From NCBI GenBank assembly GCA_947491175.1, contig CANLIF010000001.1, positions 1 through 62,543 of the forward strand: a stretch of DNA of 62,543 nt. The letters are read 5' to 3'. Position numbers and translations under genes: made by a program. The stretch's first letter is position 1, and the number at the start of each line of letters is the position of its first letter. Of this stretch, positions 33,579 to 44,948 are shown one piece after another. This stretch comes from Actinomycetota bacterium. GTDB taxonomy: Bacteria > Actinomycetota > Actinomycetes > S36-B12 > UBA5976. The notes beneath the pieces were generated by a model. It saw nothing but the letters and a program-made list of their open reading frames with translations, was not told the origin of the DNA and did no database searches.

Positions 33579-35408
33579 CTACTTGATTTCCATTAGGGGA
33601 GTGCCGGTTGGAACTGTGGTTCCAACTTCAGCAGTTAGTCCAGTTACAATTCCAGATTTATGAGCAGTCAATGGCTGCTCCATCTTCATAGCCTCGAGAA
33701 CTACGACTAAATCACCCTGCACAACTTCTTGTCCTTCGGTAACTGCAATTTTGACGATTGTTCCCTGCATCGGAGCCAAAACTGCGTCGCCACTTCCAAC
33801 TGCACCTGACTTCTTACCGATTTTGCGTGCGGATTTCTTAGCTCCGCCACCTGAGCCAAGTGAAATGTCACCAGGTAGAACTACTTCGATCCGTCGACCG
33901 TTAACTTCAACCGTGATTGGGTTTCTGGTTTCAGGTTCAGCAAGTTCGCCTGCGCCACCTGAGAAGGCAGGGATCGTGTTGTTGAATTCAGTTTCAATCC
34001 AGCGAGTGTGGATAGAAAATGGGGTAGCTGCATCAGTTGGCGCAAATGCTGGGTCGCTAACCACTGCCCGGTGGAAAGTTAAGGCAGTTGCAATTCCATC
34101 AATCTCAAACTCAGCTAGAGCTCGGCGGGAGCGCTCTAAGGCTTCCTGTCGATCCCGGCCAGTGACAATTAGCTTGGCGAGAAGTGAATCGAAGTTGCCA
34201 CCGATTACATCACCTTTAGTAAAACCGGAATCCAGGCGAACTCCCGGTCCACTTGGCGGATTCCAGACAGTTAGTGAGCCAGGCGCTGGCAAGAAACCGC
34301 GACCAGGATCTTCGCCATTGATGCGAAATTCAATTGAGTGTCCACGAAGTTCTGGATCGCCGTATCCAAGGGCTTCACCTTGAGCAATTCGGAACTGTTC
34401 GCGGACTAAGTCGATTCCAGCGACTTCTTCAGAAACTGGATGTTCAACCTGAAGTCGAGTATTCACTTCAAGGAATGAAATGGTTCCATCAAGTCCAATC
34501 AAGAACTCACAAGTTCCAGCACCAACGTATTTTGCCTCCTTCATAATTGCTTTACTCGATTTGTAAAGTTCATCAATTTGAGCTTGCGACAAGAATGGTG
34601 CTGGCGCTTCTTCAACAAGTTTTTGATGGCGACGCTGCAGTGAACAGTCGCGAGTGGAAACAATTACCACGTTTCCATGTTCATCAGCTAAACACTGAGT
34701 TTCGACGTGGCGTGGATTGTCAAGGTATCGCTCAACGAAACATTCACCGCGACCGAATGCAGCGACTGCTTCACGTACTGCAGATTCAAAAAGTTCAGGA
34801 ATTTCTTCAAGGTTTCGCGCAACTTTTAATCCGCGACCGCCGCCGCCGAAGGCAGCTTTAATTGCAATTGGTAAGCCGTGCTGCTTTGCAAAATCGACAA
34901 CTTCTTTGCTGTCTTTAACTGGGTCAGGTGTGCCTTGCACCTGTGGCGCTCCCGCGCGCGCAGCAATATGTCGAGCTGAAACTTTGTCTCCCAGGTCGCG
35001 AATTGCTTGTGGGGGTGGGCCAATCCAAATTAATCCAGCATCAATTACGGCTTGGGCAAATTCGGCATTTTCAGACAGGAATCCATATCCTGGGTGAACC
35101 GCGTTCGAACCAGATTTCTTTGCGGCCACAATAAGTTTTTCAATTACTAAGTAACTTTCAGCTGCGGTATTGCCACCAAGTGCAAACGCCTCGTCGGTGG
35201 CTTTAACGTGCTGGGCATCACGGTCTGGATCGGCATAAACTGCCACGCTAGCAATGCCTGCGTCGGCGCAAGCCCGGGCAACTCGAATCGCAATTTCGCC
35301 ACGATTAGCGATTAGAACTTTTTCAATTTTGCGACTGTTGCCCACACGAACTCCTACGACTGCTTTTGGTCTCTTAAGTCTATTAGTCCCAAAGTTGTGT
35401 CCACTCAA
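33579..35408 (-). CDS. accA: acetyl/propionyl-CoA carboxylase alpha subunit (biotin carboxylase + BCCP)
   Basis: [13 protein letters not shown], an ATP-grasp domain, and the C-terminal biotinyl motif EAMKME. The true start may be GTG 35345 (GGAG upstream), which would remove the 26-nt overlap with maf. Confidence 0.93.
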   Translation of the reverse strand: MSGHNFGTNRLKRPKAVVGVRVGNSRKIEKVLIANRGEIAIRVARACADAGIASVAVYADPDRDAQHVKATDEAFALGGNTAAESYLVIEKLIVAAKKSGSNAVHPGYGFLSENAEFAQAVIDAGLIWIGPPPQAIRDLGDKVSARHIAARAGAPQVQGTPDPVKDSKEVVDFAKQHGLPIAIKAAFGGGGRGLKVARNLEEIPELFESAVREAVAAFGRGECFVERYLDNPRHVETQCLADEHGNVVIVSTRDCSLQRRHQKLVEEAPAPFLSQAQIDELYKSSKAIMKEAKYVGAGTCEFLIGLDGTISFLEVNTRLQVEHPVSEEVAGIDLVREQFRIAQGEALGYGDPELRGHSIEFRINGEDPGRGFLPAPGSLTVWNPPSGPGVRLDSGFTKGDVIGGNFDSLLAKLIVTGRDRQEALERSRRALAEFEIDGIATALTFHRAVVSDPAFAPTDAATPFSIHTRWIETEFNNTIPAFSGGAGELAEPETRNPITVEVNGRRIEVVLPGDISLGSGGGAKKSARKIGKKSGAVGSGDAVLAPMQGTIVKIAVTEGQEVVQGDLVVVLEAMKMEQPLTAHKSGIVTGLTAEVGTTVPTGTPLMEIK

Positions 35409-36000
35409 TGCTCATATCCTTCGTAAACTCCCGAAGTAGAGCCAAGGATATTCCCCCAACTGCAGGACTGTCTCCAGTCATTTTGGTAATGAAGGCAGCA
35501 GACTTACCTTCATGTGTAAAACCGCCCGCCACGGATAGCGGCTCACCACTTTTGACATAAGCAATGATTTCGGCATCAGAAATATCTGCAAATTCAACTT
35601 TGGCACCAGCAACGCCACTTCGAATTTGGCCACTAACCAAATCCATTACCCAGTGGCCAGTATGAAGATAGCCATACTTGCCCCGCATGGCTTTCCAGCG
35701 GGCGATAGCAACATCAGGACTTCCCGGCTTGCCGTATGACTCACCTTCAAATTCCAGCATGGAATCGGCGGCAATAACTAGCAGATTTCGATTATCTGTC
35801 ACAGTTATCTGTTTAGCCACAGCCTCACCTTTTGCAGTCGCTAGGGCGACACAAAGTTCCGCAGTTGATATTGGACTTAACTTGGCAGTGATTGCATCTT
35901 CATCCACATGACTTACTTGAACAAGTGGGGTGATACCTGCGTTCAGCAATAAGGAATAGCGAGATGTCGAAGCTGAAGCGAGCAATACGGTGCGAGACAT
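35383..36000 (-). CDS. maf: Maf-like nucleoside triphosphate pyrophosphatase
   Basis: 205 aa. LLASASTSR and the GKP motif region. Lies between accE and accA as in Rv3282. Confidence 0.88.
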   Translation of the reverse strand: MSRTVLLASASTSRYSLLLNAGITPLVQVSHVDEDAITAKLSPISTAELCVALATAKGEAVAKQITVTDNRNLLVIAADSMLEFEGESYGKPGSPDVAIARWKAMRGKYGYLHTGHWVMDLVSGQIRSGVAGAKVEFADISDAEIIAYVKSGEPLSVAGGFTHEGKSAAFITKMTGDSPAVGGISLALLREFTKDMSIEWTQLWD

Positions 36001-36027
36001 TTATCTATTATCGGTAACGGTGTGGGA

Positions 36028-36243
36028 TTAATACGGATGGGGAAGCGCCGAGCGCCGCCAAGTGCCCGCACCATGTTCGAAAGACTTCCGCACGCCACGA
36101 TGCGCAGCATTCCATTCTGGTCGCAACTGCGATCGCTTACTTGCCAAACTTGCAGCGGCCGCTTGCGCTGTGATCACCATGAGTACGACAGCCAACTCTT
36201 CATCTGTTGGCTGTCCACGTACAACTTTAATTTCCTGACTCAC
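36028..36243 (-). CDS. acyl-CoA carboxylase epsilon subunit
   Basis: 71 aa. [20 protein letters not shown]... is typical of AccE/PccE. Its start overlaps the stop of the beta-subunit gene. Confidence 0.8.
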   Translation of the reverse strand: MSQEIKVVRGQPTDEELAVVLMVITAQAAAASLASKRSQLRPEWNAAHRGVRKSFEHGAGTWRRSALPHPY

Positions 36244-37829
36244 AGCGGGATATTTCCATGCTTCTTTGGAGGCAAAATTTGTCGCTTGCCACGCAAGGAA
36301 CGAAGTGCCCGAACCACCATGACACGAGTTTCACTTGGAACAATAACCCGGTCAATGTATCCGCGCTCGGCAGCAATGTAAGGGTTGGCAAATTTGTCAT
36401 CGTATTCCTGAAGTAATTTGGCACGCTCAGCTTCTGGCTTCTTAGCTTCCGCTAATTCCTTGCGATACAGAATGTTGACTGCGCCTTGCGCACCCATCAC
36501 AGCAATTTGGGCACTTGGCCAAGCCAAGTTAATGTCTGCACCTAAGTGCTTTGAACCCATAACGTCGTAAGCGCCACCGTATGCTTTGCGGGTAATGATG
36601 GTTACGAGTGGAACAGTTGCTTCGGCATATGCGTAAAGCAATTTTGCGCCACGACGAATGATGCCTTGCCATTCTTGATCAGTTCCAGGTAGGAATCCTG
36701 GTACATCGACCAAGGTAATAACTGGAACATTAAAGGCATCACAGGTTCTGACAAAGCGAGCAGCTTTTTCGCTCGCATCGATGTCTAGAGTTCCAGCAAA
36801 TTGCATAGGTTGACTTGCTACGACGCCAACTGGCCTTCCTTCGACTCGGCCATAACCACAAATAATGTTTGGCGCAAAAAGTGCTTGAGTTTCCAAGAAC
36901 TCGCCATCATCCACAATGGTCTCAATAACTTTGTGCATGTCATATGGCTGGTTGGGTGAATCCGGAATGATCGTGTCTAGCAATAAGTCGGCTTCTGAGA
37001 TTTCTAAATCTGCTTCAACATCTAGGTATGGAACTTCATCCATATTGTTGCTTGGCAGGAATGACAATAAGTTCTTTACATATTCCAGTGCATCATCCTC
37101 ATCAGATGCCATGTAGTGCGCAACTCCAGATTTAGTATTGTGAGTTCTGGCACCACCTAAATCTTCAAATGCTACTTCTTCACCAGTAACGGTCTTGATT
37201 ACCTCAGGACCAGTGATGAACATGTGCGATGTTTGATCGACCATTACTATGAAGTCGGTTAACGCAGGAGAGTAAACCGCGCCACCTGCACATGGACCAA
37301 GAACCAATGAGATTTGTGGGATAACGCCCGATGCATGCGCATTGCGCTTAAAGATTTCGCCATAGAGCCCGAGCGAAACTACACCTTCTTGAATTCGCGC
37401 GCCACCAGAGTCATTGATTCCGATCATTGGCACGCCAGTCTTAAGCGCCAAGTCCATTACTTTGCAAATCTTTTCGCCAAAGACTTCACCGAGTGATCCA
37501 CCGAAAACTGTGAAGTCTTGCGCAAACACGCAAACTTGACGACCGTCGATAGTTCCGTAACCGGTAATCACGCCATCGCCATATGGACGAGATTTTTCCA
37601 TTCCAAAGTTGTGGGAACGATGGCGCGCCAAGCCATCGATTTGTTGGAAGGAACCTTCATCTAAAAGGCGCTCGATGCGCTCCATGGCAGTTAGCTTGCC
37701 GCGTGCATGCTGCTTATCTACGGCCTCGGAGTGGCGGTTGGCAGCGTCGTTACGTCGTGCCTCGAGATCTGCGATCTTTCCAGCAGTGGTATGGATGTCG
37801 ATCCGATTATTGGCGGTTTCGGCGCTCAC
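36240..37829 (-). CDS. pccB: propionyl-CoA / acyl-CoA carboxylase beta subunit (carboxyltransferase, AccD5-like)
   Basis: 529 aa with two crotonase-like CT domains. Contains [13 protein letters not shown] and [17 protein letters not shown]. Confidence 0.95.
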   Translation of the reverse strand: MSAETANNRIDIHTTAGKIADLEARRNDAANRHSEAVDKQHARGKLTAMERIERLLDEGSFQQIDGLARHRSHNFGMEKSRPYGDGVITGYGTIDGRQVCVFAQDFTVFGGSLGEVFGEKICKVMDLALKTGVPMIGINDSGGARIQEGVVSLGLYGEIFKRNAHASGVIPQISLVLGPCAGGAVYSPALTDFIVMVDQTSHMFITGPEVIKTVTGEEVAFEDLGGARTHNTKSGVAHYMASDEDDALEYVKNLLSFLPSNNMDEVPYLDVEADLEISEADLLLDTIIPDSPNQPYDMHKVIETIVDDGEFLETQALFAPNIICGYGRVEGRPVGVVASQPMQFAGTLDIDASEKAARFVRTCDAFNVPVITLVDVPGFLPGTDQEWQGIIRRGAKLLYAYAEATVPLVTIITRKAYGGAYDVMGSKHLGADINLAWPSAQIAVMGAQGAVNILYRKELAEAKKPEAERAKLLQEYDDKFANPYIAAERGYIDRVIVPSETRVMVVRALRSLRGKRQILPPKKHGNIPL

Positions 37830-37867
37830 GTGTTCCTCCGTACTAGTCCTTCGCCTACCCTAGCGAT

Positions 37868-38677
37868 GTGGATATAAAAGATGTGAAACGCGGGCGTCCA
37901 GCGCTTGATCCTGATCTCATATTAAGTGAGTTAGCCAAGACATCCTCGAAATGGCTCGATATAGAGGTCTTTGAGCAAGTTGATTCGACTAATGACCTTG
38001 CTATCTCTCGGCTAACTAACACCACACCAAATTCAGTTTTTTCAATTACGGCAGATGAGCAACGCAAAGGACGTGGCCGACTTCAACGGGAGTGGCATAG
38101 CCCATTTGGTGCTGGAATCGCACTAACTGTTGCCATACCGACACAGTTCTTTAGTTGTGAAACTTCTGCCATTCCACTTTTGGTGGGTATTGCTGCAAAT
38201 AATTGCCTAAAGAAACTTGGCGCGAATGCCAAACTAAAGTGGCCAAATGATTTGATGATTGCAATTGAGTCCACTGAACTGAAAAAAGTTGGTGGAATTT
38301 TAGTTCAACGTCAAGACGAGTACGTTGTTATTGGAATTGGAATCAATGTCGATCTTGAGAATGAGGAACTACCTACGGAAAACGCCACATCACTCTCGCT
38401 ACTGGAGATCACAGCTTCCCGCGAATCCTTAATTGCTAACTTGGTAGTTCAGCTTGAAATCGTAACTAAGTTAACAACAGAAGAGTGGTTGCCTCTTTAT
38501 GTGCAAGATAGTTCCACAATTGGAACCCAAGTAACGGTTGCTCGAAAATCAGAATCAATGGTTACAGGATTAGCAATTAACGTACTTGAATCAGGAGAAC
38601 TTCTCCTCGACACTGAAATGGGGCTAATTGAGATCACTTCGGGGGATGTGCTGCAAGTAAGACCAAGCCAGCATTAG
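37868..38677 (+). CDS. birA: biotin--[acetyl-CoA-carboxylase] ligase (group I, no HTH)
   Basis: 269 aa. QRKGRGRLQREW (GRGRxGRxW motif) and KWPNDL. Divergent from the carboxylase operon. Confidence 0.9.
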   Translation: MDIKDVKRGRPALDPDLILSELAKTSSKWLDIEVFEQVDSTNDLAISRLTNTTPNSVFSITADEQRKGRGRLQREWHSPFGAGIALTVAIPTQFFSCETSAIPLLVGIAANNCLKKLGANAKLKWPNDLMIAIESTELKKVGGILVQRQDEYVVIGIGINVDLENEELPTENATSLSLLEITASRESLIANLVVQLEIVTKLTTEEWLPLYVQDSSTIGTQVTVARKSESMVTGLAINVLESGELLLDTEMGLIEITSGDVLQVRPSQH

Positions 38678-38695
38678 GACACTAAACTGCAAAGT

Positions 38696-39364
38696 GTGAA
38701 GCGGATTTTGGTAGCAGAAGATGATCTTGAAATCGCCGGCCCACTGGTGCGGACGCTACAAGCCGAAGGTTATTCAGTAGCCCTGGTAAGTGATGGATTA
38801 AGTGCGCTGGAAAAAGCAAAGTCAACCAAACCAGACTTGATTGTTTTAGATCTGGGTCTGCTAAATATGGATGGCTTAGATGTTTGTCGAAGTCTTAGAG
38901 CTCAAAAGCTAGACATGCCAATTTTGATTCTCACAGCGCGAACCTCAGAACTGGATTTGGTTGTGGGACTTGACGCAGGCGCCGATGATTACATCATGAA
39001 GCCATTTCGAACTTCTGAGTTACTCGCAAGATTACGCGCCTTAGTGCGGCGAGTTGATGGCCACGACGTAAAAGAACTAATTGGAAATGGGATTGTTCTT
39101 AATACGGAAGCACACACTTGTAACTGCAACGAAATCGAGGTTTCATTAACTTCGACTGAGTATCAATTATTAGAACTATTAATGCGAAACTCTGGGCGAG
39201 TAATAAGCCGACAACAGATTTTGCGAGACGTCTGGAACACCGAGTGGTCGGGATCGACCAAGAATCTGGACATGCACGTTTCTGCATTACGTCGAAAACT
39301 AGGAGAAGAAGGCGAGCACATCTCTACTGTCCGTGGACTTGGGTTTCGATTCGATCGGATTTAG
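38696..39364 (+). CDS. OmpR/PhoB-family response regulator
   Basis: 222 aa. Receiver domain (DDxxxxxxL...LDLGL...KPF) plus a winged-helix output domain (LTSTEYQLLELL...VRGLGFRF). Confidence 0.92.
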   Translation: MKRILVAEDDLEIAGPLVRTLQAEGYSVALVSDGLSALEKAKSTKPDLIVLDLGLLNMDGLDVCRSLRAQKLDMPILILTARTSELDLVVGLDAGADDYIMKPFRTSELLARLRALVRRVDGHDVKELIGNGIVLNTEAHTCNCNEIEVSLTSTEYQLLELLMRNSGRVISRQQILRDVWNTEWSGSTKNLDMHVSALRRKLGEEGEHISTVRGLGFRFDRI

Positions 39365-39366
39365 TT

Positions 39367-40383
39367 ATGCAGCAAAGATTGTTCAAGTTTTTTGTTATTG
39401 CAATCCTTCCTTGGGTAGTTTTGTTAGCTGTTGTTGCCAACCTTTGGTTTTTGGATTCAAATCAAACTTCACATTCAAGCACTTTGTTCACGAACTCCTC
39501 CCCAGTTAGTTTCGGAATCCAGGCGATTGTGTGCCTGGTCGCAACGCTTGTTGTCTTGGTCTCTCAGGGGCTGGCAAAAGCAACGGTTAGACCCTTTGAA
39601 TCTCTGCTCAATCAAGTAATTCTGATCACGAGCGGCAGGACAGTTACTCCTCCAGAAAAAACTGGAATGCCCGAAGTTGATCAAACTATCAACAATCTTT
39701 ACCTGGCAGCAACAAATGCACAACGCCGACTTGATGCTGAGCGAACGCTGGCAGCTGATGTTTCCCACCAGTTACGATCCCCACTTGCTGCACTCTCACT
39801 TCGCTTAGAACAAATCTTGCAAGATACCAGAGATTCAAATGTTCATGAGGATTCAGCAGCGGCACTGGGACAAGTAGATCGGTTAGTGAAGTTAGTTGAA
39901 GGCCTTTTGACTACTTGGAGATCAACTACCGATCGAGACTTGACAGAAATCAATGTTTCAGACTTACTTGCAAATGTTAGCGATAGGTGGCAAGCAAGAG
40001 TCGAGTTGTCTAGTCGAAAAATGACTATAGAGTGCGGGTCCGACTTAGTAGCTCTGGGAACACCAGAAGTTCAAGAGCTTGTGTTGTCTGTTCTAATTGA
40101 AAACTCGCTTCAACACGGAGCTGGAACCATTAAAATTTCGGCGCGGGATTTTCAGTCGTGGACTTTGATTGAAATCGGAGATGAGGGAAATGGAATTTCC
40201 CAGGACATCGAAAGCACATTAATGACCCAAGGTGTTACTACCGGTGGCACCGGATTGGGCTTGGCCTGGGCACGAAATCAAGTTGCATCTGATGGCGGTC
40301 GTCTGGAGTTGCGTAATCTAAAGCCTGCAATTTTTGGAATCTTCTTGGTATCAGCGGGATCAACCAACGGAAAAAATATTTAG
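39367..40383 (+). CDS. sensor histidine kinase (two TM segments, short periplasmic loop)
   Basis: H-box DVSHQLRSPLAAL and HATPase (NSLQHG, GDEGNGI, GGTGLGL). Start set at ATG 39367, 2 nt after the regulator stop; the track ORF from 39244 overlaps the regulator. Confidence 0.88.
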   Translation: MQQRLFKFFVIAILPWVVLLAVVANLWFLDSNQTSHSSTLFTNSSPVSFGIQAIVCLVATLVVLVSQGLAKATVRPFESLLNQVILITSGRTVTPPEKTGMPEVDQTINNLYLAATNAQRRLDAERTLAADVSHQLRSPLAALSLRLEQILQDTRDSNVHEDSAAALGQVDRLVKLVEGLLTTWRSTTDRDLTEINVSDLLANVSDRWQARVELSSRKMTIECGSDLVALGTPEVQELVLSVLIENSLQHGAGTIKISARDFQSWTLIEIGDEGNGISQDIESTLMTQGVTTGGTGLGLAWARNQVASDGGRLELRNLKPAIFGIFLVSAGSTNGKNI

Positions 40384-40841
40384 CTGTTTTGCTCAACACC
40401 AGATACATCATTTGGAAAAACCCAGTTGTGGTAGCCCCAAAATCTAAAAATAGTTCCTAAAATAAGACCAATAACATTTGCACTGATATTGTCTGCAAGT
40501 GCGCTGTCAAACCCAAGCAAATAGTGGCTTATCCAAAGACAGGAAAGTGAAATGATCATCCCAACGGCATTGAAAGCGAAAAACAGTCCATATTCGCGCC
40601 GAAATGAAGAACGGGTTCGATCCTTGAATGTCCAGTGCCGGTTACCAAAGTAGGCAAAAGTAGTAGCAACTAAGACACTGAAAACCTTGGCAGTTAAGGG
40701 CTTATCGTAAAGTGGTCCTGCGCCCCCGGCGAATCTCAATAAGTTAAAAACCGTCAGGTCAATTACATATGCAACCAATCCGATAGCACCAAATTTACCG
40801 AGCTCTTTACGCATTTTGATTATGAATTCTTTAACTGGCAC
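40380..40841 (-). CDS. GtrA-family membrane protein
   Basis: 153 aa, 4 TM segments. KFGAIGLVAYVIDLTVFNLL and a WVF C-terminal signature of the GtrA family. Confidence 0.85.
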   Translation of the reverse strand: MPVKEFIIKMRKELGKFGAIGLVAYVIDLTVFNLLRFAGGAGPLYDKPLTAKVFSVLVATTFAYFGNRHWTFKDRTRSSFRREYGLFFAFNAVGMIISLSCLWISHYLLGFDSALADNISANVIGLILGTIFRFWGYHNWVFPNDVSGVEQNS

Positions 40842-40946
40842 CCCCTTAGATTAGCCAACGTTTCCAAGCATTAACACAATCGGTATCTAGGTTTCGCATT
40901 CGTGCGGTAAATTTACTGTCAAATACCTTATAAAGGGAGTGCCGAT

Positions 40947-41624
40947 ATGAGTCTGCGGATCTTGGTCATCGAAGATGATCAGTCAATTGCCGAGATCGTA
41001 GGCATCCTATTGCGCGCTGAAGGATTCGAAGTATCGTATTGCGCGGATGGAAACCAAGCAATGAATGCTTTTCAAGTGGTTAATCCTGATTTGGTATTAC
41101 TTGACTTGATGCTTCCAGGTAGAGATGGAGTTGAAATATGTCGAGCAATCCGAGACACAAGTGGCGTGCCAATCGTGATGCTTACGGCCCGAAGTGATTC
41201 CAGCGATGTGGTAACAGGGCTAGAAGCCGGCGCAGATGACTATGTTGTTAAACCAATTAAGAACGAAGAATTGATTGCGCGAATTCGAGCTCGACTAAGA
41301 AATATAGAAGATCCTGGCGCGAATGAAATTTCGATTGGTGATCTGGTAATTGATGTAGCAGGACATGATGTTAAGCGCGGAGACAAAAGCATCCCTCTTA
41401 CGGTTTTGGAATTTAAGTTACTTTTAACTCTTGCTAAACGGCCTTGGCAGGTTTTTTCTCGTGAGGCCTTATTGGAGGAAGTTTGGGAATATCAGCACGC
41501 TGCAGATACCAGGCTGGTAAACGTGCATGTTCAAAGACTGCGGGCAAAAATCGAAATTGACCCAGAGCACCCTGAAATTGTTGTAACATTTCGTGGCGTT
41601 GGCTACAAAGCCGGGCAAACTTAA
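40947..41624 (+). CDS. mtrA: response regulator MtrA
   Basis: 225-aa OmpR-family protein (RILVIEDD..., LMLPGRDG, TFRGVGYK). Followed by mtrB and lpqB. Confidence 0.93.
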   Translation: MSLRILVIEDDQSIAEIVGILLRAEGFEVSYCADGNQAMNAFQVVNPDLVLLDLMLPGRDGVEICRAIRDTSGVPIVMLTARSDSSDVVTGLEAGADDYVVKPIKNEELIARIRARLRNIEDPGANEISIGDLVIDVAGHDVKRGDKSIPLTVLEFKLLLTLAKRPWQVFSREALLEEVWEYQHAADTRLVNVHVQRLRAKIEIDPEHPEIVVTFRGVGYKAGQT

Positions 41625-41627
41625 CCG

Positions 41628-43181
41628 GTGAGCACACTAGCTCAAGAAAAGATTTCGATTCGAAGTCGTTGGCGAAGGAATTTGCAACTTCGTTTGATTA
41701 TTTTAACGTTTATTATTTCTACCTCAGTGCTAAGCATCGTTGGCGTGCTCTTAGTAAATCAAGTTACGTCTGGATTACTTGAAGCCAAGCAGCAGAGTGC
41801 ATTGACGGAAGCTACATCAGCCCGTCTCGAGGTGCAGCGCTTACTAGATGCAGCCGATGTTGGACTAATAGCTCCAAACAGCACTCGATTGGTGGATTCA
41901 GTCATCACAGCGCTCGCCGTTCGTGCTGGATCCCCGGGAATTTATGACGCATTGTTCTTGAGTGACCCAGACTTAGCAGGAGCACCTGAGCGGGGAACCA
42001 AGTTAATTTCGGAAGATTCAATTCCGCAGGAACTAAGAACGGCAATTCGAGAACGCGATCGCCAAGCTTGGGCCTACTCCGAGTTGGTATACGAAGGCGG
42101 GGTTACCACACAAGGCCTGGTTGTTGGCGCGCCAGTTTCTATTCCTCGGGTAGGAGCGTACGAACTCTATTTGTTGTTCCCACTTGATAATGAGCAACGA
42201 ACCATCGATTTGGTTAACCAAGGCGTAGCAGCGACGGGAATCATACTGTTGGTGAGTTTGATGGTGCTGGCGTGGTTTGTCACGGCTCGTGTAACTGACC
42301 CAGTTAGAGAAGCTGCCGAAATCGCAGTTCAAATTGCTTCAGGTGACTTAGATCGAAGAATGCAAGTTAAGGGCGAAGATGACATCGCAAGACTAGCTGG
42401 ATCATTTAATGAAATGGCGACGAGTTTGCAGAGTCAAATCATCCGCCTTGAATCTCTGTCACAGATTCAACAACAGTTTGTATCTGATGTATCCCATGAA
42501 CTGCGCACGCCGTTGACTACTGTGCGCATGGCAAGTGAAATGATCTACAACGCACGTGCTGATTTTGATCCAGATATGGCAAGGTCCGCCGAGTTGCTTA
42601 GGAATCAAGTTGATAGATTCGACATTCTGTTGAGTGACTTGCTTGAGATGAGCAAAATTGATGCTGGCGCTTCACCACTAGAAAGTGCACCTGTTGATTT
42701 GTCAGTGATTACTCAAGTTATTTTGCACGATAATAGCGAAATCGCCACCGATCACTCGACTAATTTTAAGTTTGCAAGTTCTGGAGATTCAATAGTCATC
42801 GCTGATAACCGAAGAGTCTCACGGATCATTAGAAATCTCATTGTGAATGCAATCGAACACTGTGATGGCACTGACGTTGAAGTAGAAATAGCAGGAAATG
42901 AAACTTGCGTGTCCATCTCGGTACGAGATCGCGGTCAAGGAATTGCTGTTGAAGATATATCAAGAGTTTTTGGTCGTTTTTGGCGCGCGGATCCAGCACG
43001 GCAACGCACGCTTGGAGGTACTGGACTTGGGCTTTCAATTTCAGCTGAGGATGCCGCACTTCACGGTGGCATCATTGATGTCTGGGGCGCACCTAATGAA
43101 GGGGCTCAGTTCGTTTTAACTTTGCCTCGTCTGGAGTTAGGTGAAATTACCGACGTGGCAATTTTGGCAGGTGCACCATGA
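41628..43181 (+). CDS. mtrB: sensor histidine kinase MtrB
   Basis: 517 aa. Two TM segments plus an extracellular domain, HAMP, H-box SHELRTPLT, and HATPase (GTGLGLSI). Confidence 0.93.
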   Translation: MSTLAQEKISIRSRWRRNLQLRLIILTFIISTSVLSIVGVLLVNQVTSGLLEAKQQSALTEATSARLEVQRLLDAADVGLIAPNSTRLVDSVITALAVRAGSPGIYDALFLSDPDLAGAPERGTKLISEDSIPQELRTAIRERDRQAWAYSELVYEGGVTTQGLVVGAPVSIPRVGAYELYLLFPLDNEQRTIDLVNQGVAATGIILLVSLMVLAWFVTARVTDPVREAAEIAVQIASGDLDRRMQVKGEDDIARLAGSFNEMATSLQSQIIRLESLSQIQQQFVSDVSHELRTPLTTVRMASEMIYNARADFDPDMARSAELLRNQVDRFDILLSDLLEMSKIDAGASPLESAPVDLSVITQVILHDNSEIATDHSTNFKFASSGDSIVIADNRRVSRIIRNLIVNAIEHCDGTDVEVEIAGNETCVSISVRDRGQGIAVEDISRVFGRFWRADPARQRTLGGTGLGLSISAEDAALHGGIIDVWGAPNEGAQFVLTLPRLELGEITDVAILAGAP

Positions 43182-44875
43182 GATCAAAAATTATCGGTGG
43201 AATTTTAGTTGGAGCGCTTACGCTTTCAGGTTGTGCTGGAATTCCCACTTCAAGTCAGGTGTATTTCGGAGAAGTAATTTCTGAAGATACATCGACACAG
43301 TTCGTGAGAGTCATTGCTCGACCTCCGAATAGAAACATGAGCCCAGAGGAAATTGTGCGTGGATTCTTAGACGCCTGCGCAGATCCATCTGAAAATTATG
43401 GAATTGCGCGACAGTACTTGGCGGTTGAATCAGCCGAGATTTGGAATCCATTAACGGGTATTGAGATTTATGAATCGTCGACGATTGAAGTAGCGGGAGA
43501 TTCAACGAACTTAACGTTAGGCGCAAGCAAGCTTGGCACAATATCAGATACGGGGAGATATCAAAGTGGTGATCCTGGCGGCAAGATTTCTAAATCATTT
43601 GGGCTTGCAAAAGACCCCGGTGGACAATGGAGAATTTCAAACCTAAGTGATGGCATTTTGCTGTCCAGTGGAGACGTGGACCGCTCATTTCGAAGTTTTC
43701 CGATTTATTTTTTCAAAACAGATTTAACTTCATTGATAACTGACAGCTTGTTAGTACCTGTGAGTAATTCTGGTGCTGCAACTTCATTAGTCCGCTCACT
43801 ACTCGAGGGACCATCGGCCTACTTATCACCTGTCGCAACGAGTGCATTTCCAGTAGGAACCACACTGACTTACGGTTCGGTCCCCATACTGAATGGAATT
43901 GCGCAAGTGGACCTCTCTAAAGAGATTTTGGGAGCTAATGAAGTTACCCGACGTGCCCTTTCGGCTCAGTTGGTCTGGACATTAAGTGCTTTAGCCAACG
44001 TTTCTGCAGTTCAGATCTCAGTCTCCGGCCAGCCTTTTGTGCTTTCAAACCTTGGTTCACTTCAGACAATCCAGGACTGGCAGAGCCTTTCACCACTACC
44101 TAATCCTGACCTCATTAAATTGAATGTAATTAGAAACGAAAATATTTTCTCTGTTGATGGCGAGATCGAAACTTTAAAGTTTGTCTCGCTAGCTCCATTA
44201 GCTTTCGTGTCAGCAAATCCAGACGACACAATAGTCGCAACCGTTTCAGCGGATCGTAAATCTTTACAAGTAACTCGTGCTTCAGAATCTCAATTTAGAT
44301 TGGTAGCGCAAGGGGACGAAATTTCTAAACCTACTTGGGATCGAGATGGGAACATTTACTTCTCAGATTTTGGGCAAGGTGTGCGTGAAGTAACTAGTGA
44401 TGGCTCATTACGCGTGGTCGCAGTTGACGTAACAACGCTGGGTACAAGTGAACAAGTTAAGCAAGTTGCAGTCTCTAGTGATGGAGTTCGAGTTGCAGTT
44501 GTTTTGTCAGATGGAACTCAGGATGTAATTGCAGTGGGCGCAATCTTTAAGACTGCCGATGAAACCAGAATCATTGGATTACATCGAATTGAGCGGTCAA
44601 TAACTTCAGTTCGTGATATTGCCTGGAGTACACCCACATCAATTGCGGTATTAGGTTCAGATGAATCAACAAGTGAACTACTTTTTGACGTGTCTCTGTT
44701 GGATGGAAAATCCCAGTTATTCAGCACGCCAATTGGTGCCCAGCAGATTTGGGTCGGCGGAACTGGAAAGTTGTTTATTTCGGCAGTCGATGGCAGCAAT
44801 CAATTGGTCTATGAACAAAGTTTTGGATCTTGGGCACAAGTTACTTCCGGCATTGGTGGATATTTCTCCAGGTAA
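43178..44875 (+). CDS. lpqB: lipoprotein LpqB (MtrAB accessory)
   Basis: 565 aa with lipobox LTLSGC. GerMN-like and beta-propeller-like regions. Translationally coupled to mtrB by a 4-nt overlap. Confidence 0.9.
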   Translation: MRSKIIGGILVGALTLSGCAGIPTSSQVYFGEVISEDTSTQFVRVIARPPNRNMSPEEIVRGFLDACADPSENYGIARQYLAVESAEIWNPLTGIEIYESSTIEVAGDSTNLTLGASKLGTISDTGRYQSGDPGGKISKSFGLAKDPGGQWRISNLSDGILLSSGDVDRSFRSFPIYFFKTDLTSLITDSLLVPVSNSGAATSLVRSLLEGPSAYLSPVATSAFPVGTTLTYGSVPILNGIAQVDLSKEILGANEVTRRALSAQLVWTLSALANVSAVQISVSGQPFVLSNLGSLQTIQDWQSLSPLPNPDLIKLNVIRNENIFSVDGEIETLKFVSLAPLAFVSANPDDTIVATVSADRKSLQVTRASESQFRLVAQGDEISKPTWDRDGNIYFSDFGQGVREVTSDGSLRVVAVDVTTLGTSEQVKQVAVSSDGVRVAVVLSDGTQDVIAVGAIFKTADETRIIGLHRIERSITSVRDIAWSTPTSIAVLGSDESTSELLFDVSLLDGKSQLFSTPIGAQQIWVGGTGKLFISAVDGSNQLVYEQSFGSWAQVTSGIGGYFSR

Positions 44876-44948
44876 ATTAACACCCTCTTTTTGTTTACAC
44901 ATATGTTGCAACCGGGAAAGCCAACAAAAACTTGTTACATGATGAGGC

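Noticed and set aside
39244-39366. N-terminal extension of the histidine kinase ORF
   Set aside because: It overlaps the response-regulator gene in another frame. ATG 39367 follows the regulator stop by 2 nt and begins the first transmembrane segment.
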